In this document: in pieces, positions 1 through 11,456 of the stretch
How positions within the stretch are numbered: position 1 is the stretch's first letter
How the letters are laid out: each line of letters begins with the position of its first letter
Assembly: GCA_964036045.1 (NCBI GenBank)
Contig: OZ038378.1
Location: 159,092,001 to 159,156,000, forward strand
Direction of reading: 5' to 3'
Length of the DNA stretch: 64,000 nucleotides
From: Eutreptiella sp. 'Long Island Sound 2002'
Lineage: Eukaryota > Protista > Euglenida
The notes under the pieces: model-generated
What the model saw: the letters and a program-made list of their open reading frames with translations, nothing else
The model's database searches: none
Told to the model about the DNA's origin: nothing
Program-made: the position numbers and the translations under genes

Positions 1-1139
1 CGGCGTCACAAGAAGGCGTACCCCTCCCCTTCAGGCGGGGGGTTTCCTGGAGCACCACCCCACAACGACGCAGTCCCGTCGTCGCTTTTGATGGGGGGCT
101 CCCGAGACGTACCGCGACATGCCGGAGGGTGACCCCGGAAATGCCGGTTGGCATCGCACGCGCGCTGCGCGTGGCAGATCTACCGGGACGAGAGAGTAGC
201 GCCAGGCGCTGCCAAAGTGTGGGACCCACAGCAATCTTCTCGCTTCTGGGGTGACAGGGGGCCTGGGTAGGGGAGGGAGACGGTGGGTACGAAGGTCAGC
301 GGGCTGCAACAAGATGGTCGTGTTGCAGGTACGGTGAGCAGAGCACTCGAAGGGCACCCCCCTTCAGTGATGCAGAACCATGATTTAAAGGGACCATCCG
401 AGACGAATCGCCCTCTCAGCCCCCCCGGGTACTATGCACAGCAGCCACCAGTAGAGGGTCCACGTGTCCAGTGGCTCCAATCTCGGGTACATTCTCACAG
501 ATGACCCTCTTTTCTCGAAGTTGATCAGCTCTCCCTTTCGCTCTTGTTTCAACAATTTCCCTCTCTTTCTCTTCCTTCTTGATCTTAGCGGATCTTGACT
601 TCACCGAGTCTCTTACCTTTGTCAGGTCTGCCGTTCCACTCCCAACAGATATAACCGAAGGTTCAGGACGAGGGTCTGTCGAAGTTGTCGTGGTTGGGTT
701 CCCAATGGAGGCAGAAAGCGGAATGGAGGTGGATGTAGGTTGATGGAACACCAACCGAGGGTCGATGTTGGTTTCAGGAGCACATCCGGCGCACCTTTGC
801 CAGGCCGTTAACTACCCTGGCGTGCGCCACGAAACGTTGGGGGTCGCGGGCCCTGAGGACTGCCGTCGCCTGTTCACCGGTGGAACCGCATGGAGCGTGA
901 GTTCCGGCTGTGCAAGTGCCTGCGAATTGCACGAGCCGCAAGACATCGGTTGCGGTCCATGAATGGCTCTGTGTTGGCCCCAACACGGAGGCACGGGTGC
1001 GAGCAACCCTTCTGTGTATCCATGCGGCCTTCAGCTGTGAACCGTTGACGGCCTACAGGGACTCATCACAGGAGCAGTCATCTCGAGTTTCCCCCTTTTT
1101 GTTTTCTTTTGCCTGCTCACCATGTCAAACGATGTGGGA

Positions 1140-1220
1140 TTGTTGCGGAGGCGAGCTCTGATCCTTGACTCTGCGTGACTCTCGAGCGCCTTCCACGTTG
1201 CTCTCCAACTTGCGCCTCGG
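1140..1220 (-). repeat. Diverged dispersed repeat module, copy 1 of 3 (others about 4900-4990 and 6630-6720); probable decayed mobile-element coding fragment
   Basis: All three copies share the core GCTCTGA(T/A)CCTTGA(C/T)(T/C)CTG on +. On - they translate to QGSELASAT, QGSELSSAT and QGSELSSAT. Confidence 0.5.
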
Positions 1221-1541
1221 CCTGTGCACGAGAAAATTTTTCGTCCTTTGGGTCTTTTGGGGCTCTTTGTCCTGCACCAAGAGCTGGAGATGATCCCCGG
1301 GACAGGGAGCCTGCAGTGATGGGTGGGTATTTGTTTTGAGACCGGTACACAATTTTTAGTTGGTTTTTGCAGTCCGCATGCATCTTCACAGGGATGCCCT
1401 GCCAGGCGGGGCGCGCGCAGGGTGTGCGGGGCATCTTCTGGACAATTTTTGTGATGCAGGGCATGTTGCTGTTGTGCAAAGAGGGACGGCCAGGGAACCA
1501 CACTCTGCTGCATCACATATTTCGGCTTATGCTTTGCACGG

Positions 1542-1650
1542 AAGGTTTGCAGTCTAGTGCGGTCTACTTGGGGACTTCCCCAGGTGGGGATAAACTTGGG
1601 GCTAGAGATATGATGCTTAATACAAAGGTAGCGCGCCGGGCGGCGCCGGG
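1542..1650. repeat. Dispersed repeat with an invariant core of about 47 nt (second copy about 41209-41310)
   Basis: CTACTTGGGGACTTCCCCAGGTGGGGATAAACTTGGGGCTAGAGATA is identical in both copies, while the flanks are homologous but substituted. Confidence 0.8.
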
Positions 1651-2450
1651 CAACTATTCCCCCAGTGCTCAGGTATTAGGTGCTTGGTGGACTTGCAAAT
1701 GGCAGCATTTCTCTCCTGTGCCCTTTGGAATGGGTGTGGCACATCCAAAAAAGGGGGGGCGGCGGTTAGTTTCGTTCCGAGTCCAACTGCCGCCGGTTGG
1801 TTGGCAACCGCTATTGGTTGGCCTGCAAGTGGGCACATTTCACTGACATGTCCTTGCTCCTCACCAATCGGCTCACAGTAGGGCAGCCCCACTCCCCACT
1901 TGACAACAACCCATCCCCAGACGCACCGCGGCGGCGGACATCATTGTGCCCTCGTGGCATTCACAGTGAGGGGACCAGGAATCGATCCAAATTGGCCCCA
2001 CACGTGCGCGAGGCCAAGTGGCGCCGACGTCATCCCCGCCCTGTGCCCAGGTACAGTGGCGTGCGGGGCAGGCCGCTCGCACCCTTCCCAAGCATTCCCC
2101 CGAAGCAGTAGTCGTAGTAGTAGGGAACCGGGGTTCGACGTGCCTCATTCCTAAAATGCGAGATTTTTTCGATTCGAGACCGTTGGCAACATATGCGTTT
2201 CAGGGGCCTTTTCAAGATTGGGATCCGTTGGCCTTTGAGGCTCCGTGCAGTTGGGGGTCGCTCGCACTTTCACCCACCCCCCTCCCGCACCTCGGATTTG
2301 GACCCTTGCGAGAGTGTCCATCGCTTTTGGGGGCGGGAGTGGGCAGTTGGAAGGGAGGGCAAGCAATTAAGAGCCTTCACTGCGCGGATCACACGGTCTG
2401 TGGAGCCAAGGAGTACATTTCCGGGTGGGCACGGTCGTCAGTTCACGTTA

Positions 2451-2930
2451 CAATAGATGCCGTCAGCATTGGTGGTCCCAGGGGTGCCATCTCCAGCGCA
2501 CAAGGCATGTGGGCTGAGAAGGTTGTGAAAAGGGCAGCGTCACTGGGGCCGTCCTGGGGGCACTTTGTGCAGCCTTCGTGCTGCACGTCGGGGGGTTGCT
2601 GGGGGGTTGACATCGCCGCGGTCCTCCCCCAATCACTGCCACGCGTCTTCATATGTGCTCTCCCTTCCCTCATCTCTGCCGCGGTGCGTTTCCCCTGCAC
2701 GAGCATCTCCACACGCTTGCCTTGGGTGTTCTGGGGCAGCACACGTCTGCGAGGCTTCACGCCGGCGTGTGGTGTTGCCAGGCAGCCCCGCTTGCCACGG
2801 GGGCCACGGTGTGAACCGTAGCGCAGTGGCCGTGACCACGTCGTCGGTTGGAAAGTCCTCGTTCCCAAAGGCATTTGCCGTGGGTTCCATGGCCAACCTG
2901 GTTTCCGAAACGTCCCCCTGGACAGGAGCA
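2451..2930 (+). repeat. 480-bp direct repeat, copy 1
   Basis: CAATAGATGCC...GACAGGAGCA recurs at 10977-11456; the ORF-track translations of the two copies are identical. Confidence 0.9.
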
Positions 2931-5900
2931 CGAGGGGGGGGTTCTCCCTCCTGCCCTGGCCCTAATCAATTCTACCCCTTGTTTCCAGAGCCGCTCCTCT
3001 CACCTTTGCGTTGCCCCTTCACTTTAGTTTGCCTTGATGCGCCTCCATTCGAAGCTGGGCAGTTGCGATCCAAAACAGTACTGCTGGAGGACTGTTGCAA
3101 GCAAGCTTCCCAACGGTCCTCAGTCAGGGTCCTGGACATTCAATCTCGCTGCCCGGGACTTGCGTTTCCACCGCCTCCGCAAACTGGCACCCTCCCTTCC
3201 TCCGCTTCGAGCTCCAACCATTTGCAGGAAGAACGTTCCTGCCTAACCTCATGCTAACACTTCTCGGGGAACGTTAGTCCGGGCGCCCCCTCTGATTGGG
3301 ATCCGTTGCAGAACTATTCGGCTGTGCGTTTTGCCAGAGGTCCCCTCCCACTGTGCTGTTCCTTCAGATCACAGGAACACCCAACCCCATACCAACCCCC
3401 ACATCGGCACCAACACCACCGTGGGATGCAGGATGATCTTTGCTGGTGCCATGCATGTGTTGTGCCCCAATGCAGAACGCACCGGTGGAAGGCCAGGAGG
3501 CTGTGAATCGGGCCCGTTGCTGTGGCGGACAGAGTCGCAGAAGGGGTGCTTCATGCCGCGCCGGTGTCAAAACGCCACCGCGGACCTCTGGTCCTTCCGC
3601 TCTGCACAGAGTTGCATCCGCCCTCTGGGCATTCGACAGAGCGTTGCCTCTGCACTCATTGGGACTCTTGCATGTGGACCTTGTCTCCTCTGACTCCGGT
3701 ACTGGGGACACAGCACCTGGTCAGACCCTGGGCGATGCCAGCAGCTACAGAGTAGTCCATTCGGAGCCTGTGGACAGGGCAGCTTTCCACAAGTCCTCTG
3801 CCCAAAAAGCACGTCAGCATTGCCGAGAGCAGCGCACTGGGCCCAAGTGGGGAACAAGCTCTGTTGTGCCCACCACTTACGTCTCTCACTCCTGTCTTCG
3901 TCCCTCCCTGGGGAGGTACCCTGATGGGCTGCATCCTCTTGTCAGTTCCCCGTGTACATTAAACACCGACAACCCACGAGCCTGAAGGCAAGCATGTCTG
4001 TTCTGGCTGTGGACATTACAATCTCTTTATGATTTTTTGGGCACCCTCTCTCTTCCTTTTTTTTGCCACCTCAGCCGCTTTCGTTGAACGTGCCCTTGAC
4101 AGCTTGCCATCACATTGCTCCGGCCAATGCTACGAGTAGAAGCATCCATCAAAAGACCGTTCAACCCTCTCTCTTTTGTGCTGCATCCTCCACCCCCAAG
4201 AAATAGAGTCAAAGTCAAAAAGCAGATGGAATATGCATTGAATGAGTGCGGAACAAAATGCTGAAGTCCTGTTGCACACTCACCCTATGGCGACAGCAAT
4301 GTCTTGTACCCTCCACGCGTAGGATGTTCTGCTTCTCATGCATTTGGTCACACGAGAGACAACATACTGTAGTGTTGTGCTGTTACAGCATCCATAGGTC
4401 TTCATTAGGCTCAAGCTACTCACAAACCTTGCACAACTGCACGCCTCTACTTACGCACTGCAATATCACCACCACGACTTGGTGGGATGGTGCTTCCATG
4501 GGGAAAGAGCGTGGTGTGGTGCGCATGCAGTGTGCAAGCAGTGCGTTTTTTCAGGGCGCGCCCCAATTTCCCCTGAAAGTAGCGGATCAGGTTATGTTTT
4601 ATTGTTGTCAGTTGGTAGGCGTTGTGGTATCAGGGTTTCTCTGGGCATCGGTTTTCATGTCCATGCCCCATAGGTCATTGTGTGGGCCCCACTCTCAAAG
4701 AGTGGTGCTGGGATGTGGCATCAAAGAACCAATCAAGTTGTGGGACCAGGAACTACCATGGCCACCGGAAGGCATTGTCATTATCAGAACAGGTCAGGTC
4801 GTCGACAGGTTTCCCGGCCGGAGTGAGGTCTGCAGGGCATGCAGGAAGGGCGATACGACCAGCACCTCACTACGTGTCAGATCCACTACCACAGTCATTT
4901 GTGGGATCATCGTAGCACTGGACAGCTCTGAACCTTGATCCTGAGGGGTTACCTCGAGTACTGTGAACTGAGCGGGCTACGCCAGCTCATCTTGGTCAAA
5001 AAAAAAAGAAGAGCGATATGACCAGCACCTGAGGCCCAATGCAGAGCTACAATGGGAGATGTACGGTGGGATAATCTGGGAATAATCATCCCAAAGGATG
5101 TGCGCACAGTAGTACTGGTGAGCAACTCAATGAATTCAGCAGCAGGACTTTTGTTCCGTGGCATGTACTTGTGCACACAACTGCACACACGCAGGCGCAG
5201 GTGGCTGGCCAGCCAGAGGACGCCTGGAGACACGGTGGCAGCCAAGCGGCGCCCGGGGCCCCCAGCGCGTACCGAAAGGGCGCCCCCCGTGCGCCCCGCG
5301 ACGCGACCACTGGGCACGGCACAAAGTGGTCGCCCTCTCGGAGGAGACTGGCGGGGTCGTCGCCAAACAGGCGCGGGCGGACGGGAACAGGGGTGCAGGT
5401 GCTGGCGGAGATACACCAATGGCTCCCCCAAAAAATGTGCGACCGGATTTGATTTGCTCTGCGGGCTGGACACGGGGACGACAGGGAGGCAGGGCATGTC
5501 TGACCAGCAAGGACAGGCCACAGCAAAACCCCTGACCCTCCCAAACACGGGGGGTCTGACCAACGGCGAGGGATGGAGTGCTGGGCCCTCCCTTCTTTAT
5601 GGATGGGTGTCCCCCCCCCTCACGGGGAGGGCCAGCTATATATGAGTGATGTAGGAGGCCCCATCTAATGCACTCTACCCTGATGACCCCTACTGGTCTC
5701 CCTCCCCAATGCAGTGTTCCCCCCGCACACACGCGCACACACAAAGTTTTTGGTAGGGTGGCAGAAACCTTGGCAAATAAGTGGCCTTTTCTGCAGTGGA
5801 CCCCCCACCCTGTGGAGCGCCAGTCTGTTGACGGTCACAGTCGCTCCCTCCTGAATACAATGATGAAACCTTGGCGCGCAGACATGCGCGCACGCACACA

Positions 5901-7329
5901 CACAGAGCGAGAGCGTGAGGGAGTGTGTGTGCGCGCGCAGGGAAGAGATTTTTTGTGAAGTGATGTCTGATGCTGCACAAGAGAGCAGTCATGGGAGGGA
6001 GAATATGTGCTTGCTTATGCAACTATACACACAGGTACACCATCAAACACCTTTACATGAGTGCACGAACAACAAAAGGAATCCTCTACGCATGGCATGC
6101 ACCATTCCTTGCCCCTGGCCCGTCCCGCTCGCCATCACCCCGTGTCACCCTGTTTGCGTCACCCTGTCCCTGCCCTGGCAACCGTCTCACAACCCTTGAT
6201 GCCCTAGCCCTCAGCACACAGCCTCGCTGCTTCACGAGACTTTGCGTGCAGTGCAGTGGCTTGCACCCCATGTCCAGGCTCGGTGATGCCCTCTGCTGCG
6301 ACATCCGCCGTCCTTTCTGGCACTGTCTTGTGCTGCCGTGGCAACGGTGAATTCTGACCAGTTCAGGGTGCATTTCTTGTCACATGTATCCCCTTAAAAG
6401 TTGATGAACAATCAGCTTGACATCCGCTTTCTTTACAATGCCCAACGTTCGGACTGTTCCTTAGTTCCTGGTTGGTTGTTTTGATAGTAAGGTGGTCCAT
6501 TGGTGGATACATGAAGGTTGGTCCCTTTGTCAGGTGGTTGGATGAATTAATTGGCAGTTGTTTGTTGGTTGGTGTCAAGATGCAGCAGGTCCTTACTACG
6601 TGTACTGTCCGCTACCACACCGTCTTGTGGGGCAGTCGTAGCACTGGACAGCTCTGATCCTTGATTCTGAGAGATTTCCCGAGTGCCTTCTAATGAGCAA
6701 GCTCCGGCCGCTCATCATGGCTTGACCCAAAACAAAAGTTGTTGTTTGTTGGTTGGTGTCAAGTTATTTGCTTCATTGTTGCACATAAATAGCCCGTCAC
6801 CTACGTGCAGACCCCCCATCCAATGCTGTGTCAATATCAGTTGGACGAACTGTGGCCTCCAACACAGCACATGAGTTGCCTCGGTGTTGCTCGCCCTGGT
6901 CCTTGGTCCTGCACCAACTGCGACAGACGCGTGCACATTTGCCTGCAGATTCCAAGTGCTTGGGGTGTGCTGCACATCAGTGTTGCGATTGCTCTGCACA
7001 GGGCCAGGGCCATCTGATGGACAATCTGAAGTGATGTACAGTCTCCAAGCAATGCAACAAAAGTACAGAATGGGGCGGCACTAGGGGCATACAGTGCGAC
7101 CCAGCAGTGGTTAGCACAACATAGGGCTTGCCGGCTTAGCTTGTGGGAGGAGTACAAGGCGCGTTTGGAATGAATGAGGCGGGGACATCAGGCAATGCAG
7201 AGGCTAGTAGACCTGGGTGACAGAGGGTGTAAGTCCATGGCCCAGGAGTGGCAGGAGGCATGCTTGTGGGCAGAAGGAGAGGTTGTACAGTGAAGCGAAA
7301 TGATACGAGAGACCAGGAGGGAAAACCAC

Positions 7330-7402
7330 TTTAAACTGTGGGAAATTCATGATGCCACGATCGTTTGTGTCAAAAGTGGAGAAAGCTAAAGACACAATGT
7401 TT
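7330..7402 (-). CDS. Isolated exon encoding an EF-hand calcium-binding loop
   Basis: The - strand reads NIVSLAFSTFDTNDRGIMNFPQFK (F-D-x-N-x-x-G-x-(I/M)-x-F pattern, Q at the usual E12). It is bounded by TTCTAG| and |GTGGTT. Confidence 0.5.
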
Positions 7403-7974
7403 CTAGAAGGCATGCAAATAGTGATACCCGTGGCAAGCCTAGAAGGTTGCAAGCGACCGTAGAGTCGCATGACCAAACTGCATGTTCATACGGCAATGGT
7501 GCACAAGGCATGGGTGGGGGGGTTGATGTCCGCAATTTTTTTGTGCAATTTTCTGGAATTTGTCGCAAATTGGCTTCTAGCTTGCCCATCTTGCCTATTG
7601 ATGCCCTATGCCGCCAATGTACAGCTTTTCGATTGTGCACAACTACTCCAGAACAAACAATAACTTTCAATGTTATCCACACACTCACAATGATTCAATT
7701 GTTCCTTCGTGCATCTTTAGTAAATGCATTTTCGTGTGAAGGGCACCAAACTCCCTTTCCACTTACCGCCATATGTCTTGCATGTGCTCCTTGGCCAGCC
7801 AAGTGCACATGTGTTGTTGTGTTGCCCACAAGTGAGACATGCTATGGTATCTTTTACCCCTGCCTCCGCCTTGCTATTCTATTATTATTATTATTATGCC
7901 ACATTGTCATGCTTGGTTTGTATTTGGTATTTGCGAGCCTGAAAAGCGTGATGTAGCTCCAAGTAATGCGACCC

Positions 7975-8050
7975 CGACCACCGCGACCAAGACCACCGCA
8001 ACACAGACCACCGCGACCCGGACCACCACAACCCAGACCACCACGACCGG
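7975..8050 (+). repeat. Short tandem repeat, about 15-bp unit (ACCACCGCGACCCGG-like), about 5 copies
   Basis: Direct reading of the sequence. Confidence 0.75.
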
Positions 8051-8248
8051 GATGATTGCGCATTGGGGATCTGGCATTTTTGGATTTTCACCCTGTTTCA
8101 CCCATTTCTACTTTTTTGCACACATTTTCCCCCCCATTTCCACCACATCTACCCTTTTTCTCGGTTGATTGATATGGTGATACACTTTGAGGGTGCCTGC
8201 TTCAGGACATCATATTTCCCTCCTCATTTCTCACGCCCACTTTCTCCA

Positions 8249-8601
8249 TGGATCTCAATATTGGAGATAGGGTGTTCTATACCCGCTCCAATGGCCTGCG
8301 ACCTCCTGCCACGGTGGTTGGGACGGCTGAAGAGGGACTCCTCCACTTGGGATACTACTAAGATGGGTTGAGAGTGGTGAATCGGCAATGCAAGATGGAG
8401 TCCATCTCCTTTGCCATCCCAAGTTCAGACTCGCCACGTGACTGCCCTCCATCTCCGCCGCCCAACACACAGTCAAGTCCCCCCCCAAAGGCCCCTGGTT
8501 CTTCACCACTGCCACAAGAACTGGGAAGGTCCCCCTCAAGGTCCCCTCCAGTCCAATTTGGGTCGCCTAATTCTAAAGGTGTTTCCAAGGGGCGTGCCTA
8601 G
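8249..8601 (+). pseudogene. Decayed ORF starting with a Tudor/SH3-like beta-barrel followed by a Pro/Ser-rich tail
   Basis: MDLNIGDRVFYTRSNGLRPPATVVGTAEEGLLHLGYY*DGLRVVNRQCKMESISF then PPSPPP...; one in-frame stop. A related segment lies at about 40755-40890. Confidence 0.4.
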
Positions 8602-9509
8602 GGGCTCTTCGGGGGGAACATGGTCTAAAAGTAGCGCACAGTGCAAGGATTCCCCCTTACAACAAGCAAGCAAAAAAGGTGCTAGGTGACCTTCACTTAG
8701 CCCCTGTCCCCAGCGGGATGGTCTATGAAAGCCGGCAGGTTACTTTATAATACTGTGACAAATCTGTCCAGAAAGAGTACCCTGCAAAATCACCTCAAAG
8801 AGAGGTGACCCCATGTATAACGGAGCAATCGGCATCGATTGGTTAAACACTCGCCTGCCGCCCCCAACATTCTTTTTCAGCTGACCCTGGTTCAAATCCT
8901 TCTGAGCACAAACTTTTGCCCCCCCCCCCCCCCTATCCAGTTTCAGGGGTAGAGAGGCCTCAAAATCAGAAAATCCATTGGAGGGTCGTTTTGTCAGACA
9001 AAATAATGATTTTACAGGGGGTTAGACATCCAATATCATGCCTTTGGGTATGCTACGCGAACGACCCCCAAAACGGGGGGATGTACAGGTCCTCGCCTGC
9101 GCTTGATCTAACATTCCCCTCTGTTTGTAGACTAGTCTGCGACTGAAACAAAGCCAAACTGTGTGTTTCTGCCTGCCTGCCTGTTTGCCCGACCAACTGC
9201 CTGACTGACTGCTTGACTGACTGACTGACTGACTGATTGGCTGACTGTCAGCCTCTCTTCGAGGTGCCTTGCCGAAGGCACTAGAATTTCTGTAGTAGCC
9301 ACAGGCCACTGCGTCATCCAAGAAGAATAATCTTCATATTTTTTCACAGTCTGTGTTCGCAATCTGACTTCCACCTTGTGGTACAGAGGGCAGATGGGGC
9401 ACAGCATCATCAATGTAGCCAGGAAAGGGTGTTGACTTAGGATGAGATTCATGGGGGCTGACCTCCGACCCCTGTTCGTACCTGCTTTTTGCCTCATTAT
9501 TTTCCAGTG

Positions 9510-9768
9510 ATGCCTAAATTCGGGCTTGCGACTCTCTTCATGGGCATTGCCCTTGTCCTTGGGCTGGAGCTCCTACATGTGTGGCTGCTTGAGCCCCTGC
9601 AACTCCGCTGGGCACAGGCACAGGCTGAACTCCCATACTACGATGTTCCCAAAAGCTGGCGTTTGTACGAGCGGCCCCTGCCCCCGGACTATGCCCACAC
9701 GTTCGCCCTTACGTTGAAGGGCGGTGAGAAGCATGCGGATGAGGTCCAGTCATGGCTGCAGCGCGAAG
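9510..9768 (+). CDS. Gene A exon 1: protein with an N-terminal hydrophobic signal anchor, function unknown
   Basis: A pyrimidine tract + AG (TTTCCAG|TG) lies directly before the ATG. Translation MPKFGLATLFMGIALVLGLELLHVWLLEP...QSWLQREG; donor GAAG|GTGTGC. Confidence 0.6.
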
Positions 9769-9872
9769 GTGTGCGCCCTCACTGCTCAGAGCACCCACCT
9801 CCCGCCTTGCACTCCCATGCCCTTGTCTGAGCACAGCAATGCACAGCGATGCACGGTGCGCGAGAGGCGCAG

Positions 9873-10051
9873 GAGCCTGGGCAAGTCGTGGACTATTCCT
9901 GGACGCGGCTGTGCCGCGTGTCGGACCGTGGACTGGAGAGTCTCCCGGTGTAATGCCGGAGGGTGACGACCAGCATCGCATTATGGCCGAGCACGGCGAT
10001 GTTTGTGCCCCCCGCCTCCCGCAAATCCAAGATGGCTTCCCACTAGTCCTG
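9873..10051 (+). CDS. Gene A putative exon 2
   Basis: Phase 1-to-0 open frame (AWASRGLFLDAAVPRVG...DGFPLVL) linking exons 1 and 3. Splice sites are weak: purine-rich acceptor and GTGCCC donor. Confidence 0.35.
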
Positions 10052-10976
10052 GTGCCCCACCTCCCCTGCCGCGGTGCCCCACCCATGGCGTCTTCACTTC
10101 ACAGTCCATTCCATGATGCCTTCTTCACACATTCGGAGTTAGGCTGGTATGGACGCTGCCCCATCTGCAGGTGGGGCGGACCAAATGGCCGAGCTGAGGG
10201 GGGGGGGGGGGGGCACCCGGATAATAAGAAGCGGTGGTCAGTGACTCCGCAGTAGACAGAAGATTAGTGCGACAGCCGGGGCTGCAGCCAACGGCGTCAG
10301 GCGTGTCGCAGTCATCCAGAGGCATTTCCAGCTCAGGATTAATGGAAACAGAAAGGTCCGGGGAGCATGTGCAGTGGATCGGTGACCTGGTCCAGACTGG
10401 GGGTGGTGTTTATTAGGGAGTTCCTGCAGCCCTTCAAGGCCCTGGGGGGGGGGGGGGGGGCGACAGGACGACCCTTGAGGCAGGGGAGGATGGGGATGCT
10501 GGGGCACAGGGTGCAATGCATCGCCCCTGAGGCCAGATGGATGCTCCTGGCGGTGGCTGTACACTGAAAGGCTGCAGCAGACAGGAGGGGGCGACAGGGG
10601 GGGGCAGGGGCAGGTCATGGCCCCGTTCCATACACCACTTGTCTGGCACTGCATCACCGGGGGCTGTGGTTTTGGGAGGCGGGCCCGTCGTCGACGACCG
10701 AACGTTTGGTTTGTGCTACTCACCCGGGCTCTCTTGGGGGCGCTTCAACGATGAGAACCTTTGCAACAGTTGCGTCTTCAGGAGCTTTGTAAAGACTTGG
10801 ATATCTTTGCCCTTGCGTTTACAGTCCGCACCTGCAACCCCTGCGACACCTCCAATAAGTCAAACTCGGATCTCGGAATACCGCCTTTCGAGGGAGGAAG
10901 GGAGGGGGGGGGGGGGTGCTGTGAAGAGACTTCACTCTGCGGTTTGCAAGGTCTTTGGAGTCTTTGGATGTCGCCT

Positions 10977-11456
10977 CAATAGATGCCGTCAGCATTGGTG
11001 GTCCCAGGGGTGCCATCTCCAGCGCACAAGGCATGTGGGCTGAGAAGGTTGTGAAAAGGGCAGCGTCACTGGGGCCGTCCTGGGGGCACTTTGTGCAGCC
11101 TTCGTGCTGCACGTCGGGGGGTTGCTGGGGGGTTGACATCGCCGCGGTCCTCCCCCAATCACTGCCACGCGTCTTCATATGTGCTCTCCCTTCCCTCATC
11201 TCTGCCGCGGTGCGTTTCCCCTGCACGAGCATCTCCACACGCTTGCCTTGGGTGTTCTGGGGCAGCACACGTCTGCGAGGCTTCACGCCGGCGTGTGGTG
11301 TTGCCAGGCAGCCCCGCTTGCCACGGGGGCCACGGTGTGAACCGTAGCGCAGTGGCCGTGACCACGTCGTCGGTTGGAAAGTCCTCGTTCCCAAAGGCAT
11401 TTGCCGTGGGTTCCATGGCCAACCTGGTTTCCGAAACGTCCCCCTGGACAGGAGCA
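10977..11456 (+). repeat. 480-bp direct repeat, copy 2
   Basis: Same sequence as 2451-2930, offset 8526 bp. Confidence 0.9.

Noticed and set aside
1-1100. Minus-strand gag/pol-like coding fragments at the window start
   Set aside because: Some frames read like protein, but I found no diagnostic motif.
2411-2450. Minus-strand hammerhead candidate CTGACGA...GGAAA
   Set aside because: Only one base pair closes stem II, and there is no stem I.
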